DNA of 64,000 nt from assembly GCA_050084515.1 (NCBI GenBank), contig CM114271.1:7068001-7132000 (forward strand). Reading direction: 5' to 3'. A program made the position numbers and the translations under genes. The notes beneath the pieces are model-generated. The model was not told the DNA's origin, did no database searches, and worked only from the letters and a program-made list of their open reading frames with translations. The DNA comes from Blasia pusilla. Taxonomy: Eukaryota. Within the stretch, counting starts at the first letter, position 1. Each line of letters starts with the position of its first letter. Below, in pieces: positions 10,201-24,338 of the stretch.

Positions 10201-11806
10201 GCCCCTCTCACATGGTCACTCCCAATCTCGCAAGTCATACCTTAATCATCCAAACTAAACATGCAGCACTCCATCTACACTCTCTCACTAAGACGTGTGT
10301 TGTACATCAACAAGCAACGTGGTGCGGAAAATCAACTAATCTATCGTCTCATCGACAAACCATCCTCGACTCTCGACATCCCACACAGATCTATGTCCCT
10401 AAACCCATACATCATCGATGTTCTCAACATTAGCATGAAACCCAATATCCCAAATAACTTCCCAATACCCGTAAATCCCTCATACGTGTAGGGTAAGAGA
10501 CCAAAATGGATAACCTGACAATAATGTCGATGTCGCTCCTCAGCAATTGCAAATCTCGACCCAACTCCGTCGTGAAGATAAGTCCTCCCATCAGCAAGTC
10601 CTACTCCTCTCATTCTCACGTTGCTCAAACCTCCTTGATGTGTGGTGCAGGTCTAGTGGTCCGGTGTGGTACTGGCAGCACTGAACGACTACAAACGGCA
10701 CGACACTCGAGAATGGGATGCGGCACTCGACGACATACCCTCCTCAAATCAGAAATTCACACACTCTGCTCCTTAGTGAAGGAGCGGCTCCACGATCGAG
10801 ACATTGCGGTGCAGCCACCAGTAGCACGGCATGGCAATCGGTGGCGCGTTGCGGCTACAGGCGTCACGGCACAGTACTTGATCGTCATCCAGCGGCTACC
10901 AATCACAACATAACAGCATGAAATGAAAACTCAAACACCATAACCCGAGGTCACCTGCCATCATTGGTTGATGATGAAACTATGATGACGTTGGCGACCA
11001 AATCAAAGTACGTGGTGGCGGCGCAAGTTAGAGAATCAATGGTGATCGTGGAAGACCCTCCACACTGTAATGGTCTCAATTGCAACCAAAGGGTGGAGAA
11101 CGATCGAACGCAGCTCTAACCAGCGCTAGACGGCGGCAGCGGCCGACGTTGGACGATGGATAGTTGACCATTGATGATGCGGTGGACCATCAACGATGAG
11201 GATTGACCATTGACAGTGACTATGATGGCAACGGCCGCCGCAGGAATGGCGGCTGGCTTAGGGTTTGAACAATTTAACCCTACAAATTGCCTAGCAATGG
11301 AAATTTTTCAATATTGACCATAACTTTTTGCTCGCAACTGCAAATTGCGCACCGTTTATTGCACAGCCTCCACAACTTTGCAATCTATGACAAAATTAAA
11401 AATATTTTCAATCAGACATTCCAGTAAAATTTGACAAAGAATGTCGTAAAGCCCAATGTCTCTATCTCGTACACAAAATTTGGCAGTGCTTCCACACTAA
11501 TTTCTCCCAACAAAAATGTAAAAATTTGTGAGATACAAATCAGCAAGCTACATGGTGCTCCCAAGAGCATTAGCATGGAGTAATTCGCCCCTATACTCAA
11601 TTCCTATAAAAAATTGGGCAACGCTTCCGCGTGCCACTCTCCCGTACAAAAAATCAACAAAGCAAAACAGCAGACTCGCATGGCTCTTGCTCTGATGAGC
11701 ACTCCCATGAGCCATGAAGCGGGAAACATGATCCCCCAAACTGCACCAAATATCGAGCAATGAGTGAGCTTCCCCATGAAGCTTTCTCACTCACTCATTC
11801 TCTCTT

Positions 11807-12299
11807 TGTTAAATTAGACACAATCTCTCTCTCAACACCATAGTTCTCGCATGTGTGCACTCTCACATGTCTCTCTCCATGTCAAACCAAACCCACTCTC
11901 CTGTTGAGACGTTTGGATTACACACACAAGGCAAGCAAGATCATAGCTCCGCCGCCTCATGCTAAGAGGTTCAACAAAGATAGAATGAGCTCTCAAGCTC
12001 TCTCTCTCCTTGAGGTATACCCCTCCCCTCTTCCAAGCTGTCTCTATGGTAACCTATGCTTCCAAGTCACCTCCTTGGCTCTTGACCTGATGTAGGAGGT
12101 GAAGGGACACTTACCAAAAATACAAAATTGACAATATACTCAAAATGGCACATATCTAAAATAGTAAGTTCCTCAATATGGCTCCAAATGAGCCGAAACA
12201 AAGGCCTCGGTAGGTCATCCTTAACCTCATGAGTTTGTCCTCCACTACTCGCAAAGGCGTTCTATTAGATCTCACCGATCTATCTTAAAAGACGTGATA
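11807..12299 (-). repeat. Repeat A1 of element D
   Basis: Reverse-complement homolog of 23833-24338. On the minus strand it is followed by the PBS AAGAGAGAATG (11796-11806). Confidence 0.85.
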
Positions 12300-15200
12300 A
12301 CTTACGTATGGTATGTAGTTGTAGATTTCATAGGCGACTTGAGGATGCCACTTGCACTTGCAATGCCACATTAGGATGTAGCATTACAAGCTACCACGCC
12401 CCTGTAACTCATAACGAATAAGGTAGTTGTGCACACCACCCATAATTTTGTGGCTAGCAAAAATATTGTCATTAAGAAAGGACTTTAGCCAAGTGTGGAA
12501 AAGAACAACATAGTCAGAAAATGCATCTCTGCATGTGAAAATAAGATTAAGTTTATGAACTACTAACTATATATGTATTACCTTACGCTACTTTGTATTT
12601 GATCCTTCGTCTAATGTAAGTGTCAAGGAAAAGTGTGGCATCCCCCATTTCCATACACTTGCCTTTGAATCCTTTAAATGAAGTCAATGCCATGATGGAC
12701 TACAAGGTATCTAAGAACTAACAAAGTACTTGGACAAATGCTCATGAAGTTCCTCGTTGTGCACAGGTGGGTGCCTTATAAGGGAATAGGGCTTATGTAG
12801 CCTAAATAAATAAATAAAGTCGTCTGGAACAATTTTGGATGTAATATGAAAATGAGCAATACGGAAGTACAAATGGAAGTATACTTGTCTCAATGGTCAA
12901 CTTACTATCTACTAACAGTCTAGCTAATCTTGTCACTTAGGAACTACTCCATGTAGTGGCTTTGTTATCTAATAAATCTACTACCACTTTGGTATATATC
13001 ATACAATTTCCTTCTCTTAACTCATAAACAATATTGCATGTCCTGAAGCACATTCAACTTTGTGCGGTATAGATCATACGCTATGCTATATGTTAGCAGA
13101 CCTTTCTCATGGGAATCTCTTAGGATTGCTGCATCAGAAGGCGAAGATAGAACTATAAAGCGGGAAATGGGACTAGGTAACTTGATTAAGTGTGTGTAGA
13201 AATATTATAAGTCATTCATCCTTAAGTTGATTAAAAGTACTCTTCAAACGTATTTACATATACAAATAATTCATATATAGAGAAAGGGTATCTTACAAGT
13301 TTCACCGAAGAGGTGGACAACCCAGAAGGGAGCTAAAGTCAAAAACCTTTACGAAACCCATTATACTTTGTCTCTATACTGAGTTTAAAATCGAGTATTG
13401 ATAGAAATTGTAAGTATAGTGGATTAATAGCTAATATGTCACACATGTACGTTGATGTACATATCATGTATAGATTGTGTCATGTATAAGGCCCATTGCT
13501 TACACACTACATACAAGTATAAAATGCTCCATATGATGGTATTGTTTTGGGCCTCATGTAACCATTGCATGAAGCGTATTGTGGCTCCGCTCTTGAAAAT
13601 GTTACTTTCATTATCGAGTGCGCACTACGATATGAAGTTGACCCAAAATATCCACAACACTTCATTTATTTTAGAAATATTGCACATTGCAAGCTCCAAC
13701 TATGGTAAGGTAAATCTATGGTAGGTCATACTCGACTCACGGGTTTCCTTAACATCCTATTTGCATGGGATGTTCTTGATCTTGGATCATCCCTACATTG
13801 TCTCAACCTCGATCTATTCAAAAGTATTGATGGTCTACTTCTCTTTGATATCCCAATTCGGGTCATGAGGCTTTTTGATACTTAAGTCAACTAAAAAGTT
13901 GAGGTGGGAAAGTTGGGAAGGTGATAGGTATACGCGATTGTAACTGGTTACAAGTGTTTGGCTGCTGGGGTAGTTTTTCACCATGAAGTGTGTTAGAAGC
14001 TTATGAAAATGTACAGGAATATTCTAAAAATTCTAAAGGCTTGTGTGAAGCATTGGTTGAAGCAAGATATTTGCATATAGCAACAGTAATTGGGAACGCA
14101 AGAGTAGTACGACGCACTACCACAAATTTTAATAGAATAACCATGTAGAAAATGAATGGGATAGTGGGTAATACTGTTCACACTACCTAACGATAGTTAT
14201 GAAAAAATGTTTCGATAGTTACATGATAACGGAAACACGGTTAACCAAGTTAATGAAGTGGACAGAAGACTATAGTTTAACGTGTACTTGATATATACGT
14301 ATCATATGTAGAATTTCTATGCTAAGATTTTGTGAGCTACATCCAAGTACATGTTACACAAGCTCTAACAAAAAGCTCATTGACATAAGTTAATACACAC
14401 ATATAGCATACGCGAAAGGAAGATTCATAGCATTATTGAGTAATATATAAGATGAGTAGAACAACCCACTCATTCATAGGATCATACAAGTGTCCAAATG
14501 TTGCAATGAGAAACTAAACTGAAAATTTAGAAATGCCTATGGATATATTGTTTTCGAACTACAATGGTTTATTCATTGCTAACAAAACATACTACTCATC
14601 AAAGCAAGTGTCTCAATAAAGGTTGCAATAATCTACCAAGTGTTATGACCACCATAAGTGTAGACTAGTCACAAGTTTCCATGTAAAAAAAATGTAGTCT
14701 CAATAGATTGTAGAAATTATCTACTTTATGTTGATTAACAAATGTTGGCCAATAGCGGAGGACAAGTTGCCGATGGTCAAGAAACGTTGTGCAGTAATAA
14801 AAACCTTGTTCACAAACCTACTTATAGTGCAATAAGGGCGTGGGCAAGTAAGGAACAATCCCGTAATGATGGAACTAAAATGCGCGAATAACTCATAGAC
14901 GGCCGGGGGCGGAAAGATAGGTCTGAAAAAACACTAGAAAAAATCTTGTGCAACTTATTAGGCGATCAGAATGGAGAAGTTTGAATCTCACACATGTGGA
15001 AAAAAATCCAACTTATACATAGAAACCTACACTACTATTTATTGTGGCAAGGAAAATATAGAAGAGAGAAACCTGGTCGATATTGAACACGAGATATATA
15101 AAGCACAAAAGCATTAACCACATTGAGCACAAAATTTCTTACCCAGTCTGCAACGATATGTAGCCTTATGTATGCAGATAAAATGTGCTTGGATGTGATG

Positions 15201-17717
15201 AAAATGTGACGCGGAAATTGCTTTGGTTACTTGTCAACACTACCAGCACAAATCTAAATGCTTGGCTACCTAGCTTGGGCAAGGCAATTTGATGGTAGGT
15301 ACAGTAGAGAAGAGAAATTGATGCACTTTGTAAGGTGCACAAAATAGAAGATGCACTATAGGCGGGCGTATCTACTGGCGCTCATGAAAGAAAATAATCC
15401 TCTACAATCTTCCAATGAGGAGGATTACTCAACTTGGTCAAATTTGGTGAAGTGGAAATGGACCACGTGACAAGAGGAACACCTACGCAACAACATCCGA
15501 CTAATGTATGGGTGCGCAAACAAAAATGAAATATGAAATAAAGAAAGAAAGAGAATAGGGAGGCGCAAGATTGCAATTGAGACCTCCATAGGTCATTCAT
15601 GTGCATAAACTATATATCCCCCTTCAAGAAATCGATAATAAATGTTGACTCGATAGGCAAGTAGGTACGTATTCACAGTGGTGTTGAGTATGGGATAAAT
15701 TTGTGATAGAAATTTAGCCGCCAAGCCTACTTGGCAACACGTGCCAAGTAGTTGCAAATCTCTTCAGATCACCCAAATTGATGCAAAGTTGAAGACAAAC
15801 TTCTATCAAACATGAAAGATGAAGTAGGCATGGCACACACCTCGCTATTGTTGAGGGAATATTGATGCAATAAATACCATGAACAAGCAAGAGCAAGGGA
15901 TGAACCTAGGTAGAATGGAATACTACCCAGTAGGAGCTATGAATTTTCAGAGTCGACATAGGGACGAATATCTCGGTTGTTCATTCAAGTGGCGCAAAGC
16001 TTTAGGTTGCAGCAACAAATAGGCTATTCTTGTGGTTAGTGCAGATTGCTCCAACCTTTGTTAGACATGGCGGCCAACATGTACATTAGTTTTTACAAAA
16101 TGTTGGGCAGAGCGCACAAACAAGCCACGAAAGTTATCTTTTGCACTACACAATTCAAAATCAATGAGCCAATGAGATATACAAACAATGAATCACCCCT
16201 TAAAGTGTTGAGGTGGTGGCACAAACCTGAATTGCCACGGCGTGAAAGATGAGACCAAAGAGTTAAGAATGAAAAAGAAAATGCAAGGGAAAATTCCCCT
16301 TTTGGAATGCAACAACAATCGGACTTGCTGTGGAAGGCATCCTTGGTCCTCCAATCTGCGCACTTGGGGGATACTTGCCTCATCAAAATCCTAAATTCAA
16401 CACAATCAACACTATCATTGAGTCTATGATCACACGAGCAACACTAGGCCATCCTCGATTAAAAAAATCTTTGTTTTGTTTTCTCATTGGAAAAAATTGT
16501 TCATACTAAAGATGTAACGATTGGGTTGGCACACATTAAGCCAAAACAATAATGATATAGGAAACCAAGTGTAACGAGGAATTCCTCCTACGGAGAGCAG
16601 TGGAAGTCTACTCAGGGATCTTCATAAACCCTCCCTAATTCACACGTTGACAATGCACATCTCTAAGTGTAGTCTCTACATCGGCGAAAATCCAATGGCC
16701 AAGTAAGCGATACGTATGCCCACTCACGATATGGATCTCCTACTTTGCCTCTACAACTAGCAACAACGTAGAAATGTAGGGGCCATAACAATTAATAGAA
16801 ATGTTTATCAAGGTATTATGTAGAGAAAAGTTCAGTTTATTTACATTCCATTTAGGTATTGGAGAGATAAGGTTGAGGCCAAGGGAATTATTGATATATG
16901 ACCAAGCTCAAGATAACTAATCGTAGTTCATGAATTTAAAAGTTAAACTATAGGTGAAGAAGTTATATATGTTGGTTCATGTGTTGTGTGTGTATGTGTC
17001 ATCAACTAGGGTAAGTCTATAAGCCATAGTCTTGTCATTTGTGATAGTTGAGAGTTGTAAATTTTGTTTCTATTCCTAAGAGCATACAAGGAGGAAAGGA
17101 AACTGGTTAAATCCATGTATAGACATGAGAACAAGGATAAACTAGCTTATCATGTGATATATACTTATCCACCTTGAGATTAAAAAATGGGCATTAATAG
17201 CGAAAATAGGCATTTTATTATGAAGGACATATATTAAGTTGTACCCATGATGACACCATTTTCATCAAGCCAAGTAAGATAAACAATCCAAACTATTTAG
17301 AAATCAAAACATGAATCTATGGATTTAAATTTTGGAAGGGAAGTTAGTGAAATAAGATATTAACACATAAGATGTGTAAGATTATTTCATACTAGGAGAC
17401 ACATATCGATCCATAAAATATGTCAAGAGGGAGATATGGAGAAGGATTTCAAGTGAGCACATATTCTTCCACCAAGAGCGTTCGCTAGAAAACGAGGTAC
17501 GAAGAATGATCTTAGATGTGAAATGAATATATACAATCAAGGGATGTATACTAAAATGTGGTGTGTAAAATGATTTCAAGTTTGACCAACATAAAGGGCG
17601 TGTTTCCAAACAGGATATGCCACAAAATGGGGATGTGGAGAATGATGTCAATACAAAAATATTTCCATGAGGTGTGAAGGAGGATTTCAAGTTGGTCACA
17701 TCTCTTCCCATAGAACG

Positions 17718-18200
17718 TGTCAAATATGAGTAGCCGATTGGTCGAGATCTATTGTGGATAGGGCATAGGAGCCAATGGACTATCTTGAGTGTAACGTTGT
17801 CCCACGGGGTCGGATGAGGTTGAGGATAGGTCCATTGTGTCAGGAACGTTGTTTCTGACAACTTTCCTGTTGAGGTCTTTCACAATTGGGTGACTTGTTG
17901 ACCAAGTCACCCGCCCTTGGTAACCTGTACGTGCAAGTTACCAAGAGGATAGCGATTTTTAGGGGAAGAGCCTTTTGGCTCTTCCTAACCCTATATAAGG
18001 GAGAAAGATGGCTTTCCCAATCCATCTTTCTCATGTTGGGCCGTTGGAGCACCTCTCTTGTATGTGGGTGAGATAAGACTAGGGTGCTAGCGTTTGGATT
18101 CCTTGATAGCATAGGGTGGACGAGGCTCGATATGCCGATGTAGATTGAGGAGTGGAGTTTTAGGTCGGGTGTGCCGTTTTTACTACTCTTTATTTTTACA
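17718..18200 (+). repeat. Repeat A1 of element B
   Basis: Starts TGTCA, has TATATAA at 17992 and ends TTTACA. It is followed by TGAGAAAGATG (18201-18211), the exact complement of 18023-18033. Confidence 0.75.
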
Positions 18201-19409
18201 TGAGAAAGATGTCGGGGGGCTAGTGGTAATTGGTTGTTTGTAGGTAGGAAAGCAAGTTGCCACGAGTGGGAGGCCCCTGGAGACGCTGGTTGGCATTTTG
18301 TTGGTCATTTTTATGTTCGGAAGACCGTGCGTGGAAGCGCTGTCCGTTTTCTCAGGTTTTTGCTAGTGCACAAGGATTGGGGATAGTGGTAGAGTGTAGT
18401 ACAAAGAGGGGTAGTGAGTGTGGTGTCAACGGATGAGCGGCGCATGGTGAGAACGTTGGTATTCGAGAGGGGAAGAGCATCTTTAGGGCTTGCAGCCGCT
18501 GGGGGGCTGTCAAGTAAAGGTGGCTAGAGTTAGGTCATAGCTCACTAGAGTCGGACGAAACCAAGGCGTGGACGTGGACGGAGCTAGGAGGCGGACTAAG
18601 CCGGGGGCGCAGAGGCGTTTACAAGGCCACGGACCCATCACAATTTAGGGCGGCCTCATAGGGCCACGGGCCCCGCATTTAGGCCCCCCCCCCCCCCCCC
18701 GCCGCGCCCTCTAGGCCATTAGGGCCCTCCAGGCCATTATGGCCCAAAGGGACGCGAGCCATACCTTGGCCCTTTTGTTTTTCCCCCTTACGTAGTTGAG
18801 AGCGCCGTGGTGAGCGCCTCCTCGACGTGGTGGAGTGCGGACGGGATTGAGTTTAGGTTGCGAGGTGCGTTTGGGGCTGGGCGGAGAGATTTTTCATGAC
18901 GTGATATTTTTCAAGCGTGGTTGGGGTTTGTGAGGATTCCGATGGAGGCATATACGCCGATGCTGACAGGAAGTTCGATGTGTTGGTTGAGGAGAGTTTC
19001 GTGTTGCGGAGGTTGTCATATCACGTGGAGGAGTGGATGTTGACGATGTAGTAGGTTCGTGGGCGTGATCAGTTTATCCATTTGAGTCCCTTTTCTTGCA
19101 CTTATCTTATGTGATTGAGAGTGCTTGGTATTGAGTAGCAGCAGGTGCTAGGTGGATGCAGTGATGGTGACAAGTGTAGACTCTTTTCATGTGTAGCATG
19201 TTGGTGGATATACGGCGGTTTCGAGTAGGGGTCGCATGTATGACCCGAGAGTGTTAGTAGGTTAGGTGAGTCAGTTAGGAGGCTCATGGTGAGCCCGAGT
19301 GTTGAGTGCGCGTGAGGCCGAGTGTGTCGTTAGGGGATTATTATTAGCATCGGTGAGCTAGTGAGGAGTGTGGGAGACTCTTGGTGAGTTTGAGTGCTTG
19401 AGCGGGTGA

Positions 19410-21955
19410 GACAGGGTTGTCATCACGGCATTCTTCCAGGGTTTGGAAGAACGGGGTCGTGCGAGCAGTAGTAGTGGTGTGACACGGAGTGGACTGAGAT
19501 ACGAAGGGGTTACGAATGAGGAGCTACCTCGACATCCATCCGTGGCTAGATTTTCATCACTAGACACTGGGTCTGGTGACGAGATCGCAGACGGAGGCAA
19601 TATCACTTGGCGGGAGATGGACAAAATGGGCCATCGAGGAATGCGTCGTTTCTCGAGTGCAGTGGGCACCATCGACTTAGATGATTTTATCCAGGAGTTT
19701 GACACGTGGTGCGACTTGCAAGAGATACAGACTGCGACACGGTTTAACCCTTTCATGGCATGGAAGGGGTTGTTCCAGCACTTGGAGGGTCCTCCGATGG
19801 ATGACTACATGGAGTTTTGATCACTACATTCAGTAGAGATTGATGCGTGGAGGATGTATTGGGCTCCAAGGTATGTGTTCACTAGTGGTCGCGAGGCATA
19901 TGATGAGAACGTGAGAGGAGAGAGACCCACACCATCAGCCCGGAGACTAGATGGAGAGGAGGGCAGTGAGACAGGCGATGTGGTAGAGACCTCTAGTGGT
20001 AGAGGGCCACCCAGCTTCAATCCCACAGTAGTGTTCTTCCGACAGTTGGTGAAGAGCTACCAGGGCGTACGCACCGACAAGTTGAAGAGTCTACAGGATT
20101 TTCAGCGACGATCGGGTGAGAGTATGAGAGAGGTATTCACACGCATTAGGAGGCTGATCATTGGTACAGGGTTTTGGACCGAGAACTACGAAGGAGAGTC
20201 CAAGATGCGGTGGTGATTCACACAGTGAAGCCCACATTGAAGGTGATCTTTGAGTTGTCTGAGCGTATTGAGCTCAACATGAGTGAGGAGCAGGTAGTGA
20301 CCGTTGGATTTTCTCGAGAGTTGAAGGATCCACCAACAACGGTGACCCCACAGGTGTCAAAGCGAGCACAAGTACCACGAGAGCGGGCGTGTGTGCCCAT
20401 AGAGCAGGTCGGGTACCGTGAGCCTATGAGGCAACGACACGTTCCTACATATGTTGCCCAGTAAGGACCAATGTTGTCTTGTTGGATGTGTGGAGGGGCC
20501 CACAGGCATAGAGATTGCACACAGCATGGGAGAGGACCAAGAGCGCCTCCGATTGCTCAGGAGCCACAGAGGATGGCCCCACCACAATACTAGTGTGACT
20601 ATTGCCATAGATATGGTCACACTAGGGATAGATGTTTTGACCTTCTTCGAGAGGCACATCCAGAGGTAGGGCGAGGGCCTAGGGGCGATCGTCTTGGAAG
20701 AGGTCGGGGAGTTCTTCCTGGATGTGGTGGTAGAGGACCACCACCAGCTAGAGGAGATGGAGCAAGAGCACCAGAGCCGGCACTTCTCTCACGCATTGAT
20801 CAGTTGGAGTAGAGGATTGCTGCCATAAGGATGATGCAGCTCAGGGAAGGCACGGAGCCGCGAGCACCTAGTGTGGCTTCAGCTTCTAATTCTTACCCTG
20901 ACCTGGGTGAGGATCTTGCTAGTATGGGGTTTATGTGTAGTGCAGATCAGGTTGAGGCGGCTGCAGTGGTGACTCGGGGTGCTGCAAGAGGTACCGAGCC
21001 ATCGAGAGGTGGAGTTGAGATTGACTCACCAGAGGGGACCGATGGGCGGCAGGCCAGGGTTCCACAGTCATTCACATTGTTGGAGGCACTACACACACCA
21101 TTGATGATTCCTTGACGACCAACGGTGCCTACAGCTCAGGCAGGTACATTGACCTCACGAGGAGTTGGAGTGACAACTCCTATGTCAGCTCGAGTGGAGT
21201 CAGTGTCGACCATAGTGTTGGAGGTGGCCACCATAGTAAGTTAGATTCCACTATTTTCCGCCATAGAGTTGGCGATGTTTGGAGTTGGACTAGTTGAGGT
21301 GTTTTGGCTAGCTATCACGTTGTGTGAATGTGGAGAGGTGACTGCTTCTTGTTCATAGGTAGTTGATGAGGTGATGGACTTGCCCTCAAAGCTAGTGCTC
21401 GGGACATCCCCCACAGAGTCATGGCATACGACGGCGGCAAATTTGATAGATATTCTAGCTCGACCGGCCATAGAGCGAGCAGTGGTGACACATGGAATAG
21501 TGTTACTGGATAACCGAGCTGGAGTAGTTTGCTTGGTTAGTCCAACGAGGACAGTATACCACCCGCATTGCGTCCTACTTGATTCACGAGTGCAACTCTT
21601 GATGTTAGGGAAGGCCGCGTGTTTAGCATTGGGGTTACGGAAGGCCGACATTGAGACTTATCCCTTTCAGATATAAACCTCGATTGGGGGCGTATCACCC
21701 ACATAGTATATGACTCGACAGGAGATAGTTGTCAGAGTCCAGCGAGAGCATGCGACGGATAGTGCTATGGTGCGCACATGTGCGATTACGACACCAAACG
21801 AGTCGTACGATGTGTTGGTGGGGAGTACAGTGTTATATCCCCTAGGATTCATCATTGACTTCTCGGAGGAGACCGTTGCTTATCCGCCAGGGTGGTGGTC
21901 AGGTGACACATGGATGAGTCAGTTATCCATGCAGTTTTTGGGAGGAGGTGGTTGA
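19410..21955 (+). pseudogene. gag and protease remnants of element B
   Basis: AVGTIDLDDFIQEFDTWCD; AWKGLFQHLEGPPMDDY; degenerate Zn knuckles at about 20480-20650; protease VLLDSR and ESYDVLVG. Confidence 0.85.
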
Positions 21956-22302
21956 TCACGAGACGAGTCTGTGACCACGTTGGCAACTTTCACAAGGAGT
22001 GTATGTTAGCTGGTCTGGAGAGTTGTTGGAGGGAAATGCACATGCACTGGATATCACAGTAGCGGATAGTCCCACGGAGAGACATGCCATGGCAGGTGTC
22101 TCTTCCCATGTTGGCAAGACCTCTTCACCATTGTGGGGTACGACTCAAGAGCTATAGAGGAGTGCCAACGACCTCGTGAGGCAAGTGTAGAGTCATGCCT
22201 TTATCCCGGAGCAGCAAGAGTCAGGTGGCCATCGGGCCCCTAGAGTGGAGGCGTTGACCCCACTGGATATCATACCCATTGTGTGGCAGTGTCGAGAGGA
22301 CG

Positions 22303-23227
22303 GTGTTAGATCTCTTCAGACGGATTAGCACCGGATTAGCTGCAATATTGCAGGCGGGCATTGGGGTGCATCGGTACCTTTATGTGGAGAGAGATGAGTC
22401 CGCGCGACAAGTATCATTACGTCACGTAGCGAGATTGGTCCAGAGGTATCATGAGTTTTTTCCGGTATCCGTAGTACAAGGATATCAGCATACACTACCC
22501 GCCGACATATCTTTGGTGGGGGCGCAGGATCTAGATAGAGTTGGCACCATTCATTTGGTGATTGGTGGATAGCCATGTGAGGGTCATTCATCAACTGGCC
22601 AAGGGTTTGGATTGAAGGACCCAAGGGCAGGGATATTTTGGGAGATGTTGCAAGTAGTACGACACTTGCAGGAGATGTTCTCCGACATATATTTTGGAGA
22701 ACATGCCGTTGTTGGGAGATACTCGTGCATGTGTGATGACGAGTGTGCATCAGGTGAGGTCCTCGTTGAGACCTGCTGTGTTGTTAGATGCAGCAAGAGT
22801 TGGATCACGCACCCATCGTCCATGACTATGGTGGACGAACTTGATACCATCATAGGTGCTGAGTCGAGCATAGGATGGAGTCCAGAGAGCACCACATCTC
22901 CCACTAGATGCTATTTTGGGATCAGGGCGTCGATCTCAGGTGGTGACGCAGGATGATAGACCACCGTTGGCGATGGCCAATAGGGTGGGGGAGTTGAGGG
23001 CAGCCTTATCTAGGTTGGTGAGCTTCCCAGCATCCCATGCCTTTAGTTAGGGAGGGCCAGGCATGATTTGGGATGAGGTGAACTGAGCATTGGAGGAGCC
23101 TCCAACAGATTAGCGCGAGCGTGCCATGGGGTTTGCTACGGGTACTACGGCGTTGCCAGATAGGACTGAGGCATCCCGGAGACAAGTGTTGGGGCAAGCG
23201 ATGGACCTCAATTGTCTCACATGGATA
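22303..23227 (+). pseudogene. DNMT3-like methyltransferase domain of element B
   Basis: VLDLF; YLYVE; HLVIGG*PCEG; ILEN (frameshifted); SRTHRP.LWWTN; AMGF; RRQVLGQAMD. Confidence 0.85.
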
Positions 23228-23832
23228 GTCAGCCTAGGTATGGATGAGCAGAGACAGATGCGAGTGTCATCTATGCCGTCACGTCCACAAGTCGGACCAT
23301 TGCCTATAGGGTCTGTACAAGCATTGGGTTGGGGTGGGACGAGGAGACATAGGCACCCATGGATTTCCTAGGACGTCGTTCAAGCGGAGAGTGCGGAGGC
23401 GGTGAGAGTAGCACATGTTCATTTTCTGGATGTAGAGCATGGTGTAGGAGGTCAAAGTGGAGTGGTTGTTGCGGAGGTGGCTAGGGTTACTACATAGCAA
23501 CCAAAGCCGGAGGTTGCCTCCTCTCCGAGTGAGGTCAAGATGGAGACTTGGGAGCCTGTGATAGGTATGAAGTTGATAAGAGGAGAGTGACGGCGAGTTC
23601 ATAGGTTTCTGAGAGGCCATGTAAGTTGTTTTGCCTTCAGTATGAGAGATTTGGATATGCTGAAGGGTCACAAAATACGGATTGAGTGGGCTAGTGATAC
23701 GACGATCTTTTGTCGACCCTACATGTATTCTGATATACAGCGAGTCTTGATTCAGACCAGGAGTCGGGACTTGTTGGAGGTAGGACTTGTGGAGTTATCA
23801 CATGGGGAGTATGCATCTGCCATAGTCATGCC

Positions 23833-24338
23833 TGTCACGACGGTTATGATAGATCGATGGGATCTAGCAGAGCGTCTGCACAAGTAGTGGAGGATAGGCC
23901 CAGGTGGTCGAGGATCACCTCTTGAGGCCCCGAGAAAGTTGAGAGAGCAGGTTTCCCCTTCGTTCGGCTCATTTGGAGCCATATAGAGAAACTTACTATT
24001 TTTGGTAAGTTTCCATATTAGGGATAGTTGACTTTCCACTTTGGGAAGTGGCCCTTCACACGTTTTAGCAGGTCAAGAGCCAAGGTGGTGACCTCCGAGC
24101 ATAGGTTACCGTTTAGAGGGCTTGGGGTATACCTCCAAGAGAGAGAGAGAGCTTGAGAGCTCATTCTCTATTTGTTGAACATCTTGGCATAAGGCGGCGG
24201 AGCTATGGTCCCTTGCCTTGTGAGTGTAACCCAAGCCTCTCATTAGAAGAGTGGGTTTGGTTTGACATAAGAGAGAGTGCACACCTTTGAGAGCTATGGT
24301 GTGAGATGGTGTAGAGAGAGATTGGATCTTACTTTACA
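23833..24338 (+). repeat. Repeat A1 of element C
   Basis: Direct repeat of 33625-34137. Ends TTTACA and is followed by the PBS AAGAGAGAATG. Confidence 0.92.

Larger units (their letters stand above)
1..12299 (-). mobile_element. Decayed Ty3/gypsy retrotransposon 'D' (gag-PR-DNMT-RT, runs off the left edge), interrupted by element A at 421-5924
   Basis: The minus-strand 5' end TATCACG (=TGTCACG) is at 12299. Repeat A, leader, gag, protease, methyltransferase and RT start (FDAIGHAKVFNSLD at about 63-104) are colinear with element C. The reading ...SYR/CFAF... is continuous across the A insertion. Confidence 0.9.

Noticed and set aside
12300-17717. AT-rich region with short ORFs, possibly an ancient DNA-transposon remnant
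   Set aside because: I could not identify any convincing motif, termini or TSD by eye.
17793-17806. AACG-T-TGTCCC as the 5' end of element B
   Set aside because: There is an extra base between the TSD and TGTC; 17718 gives an exact AACG|TGTCA junction.
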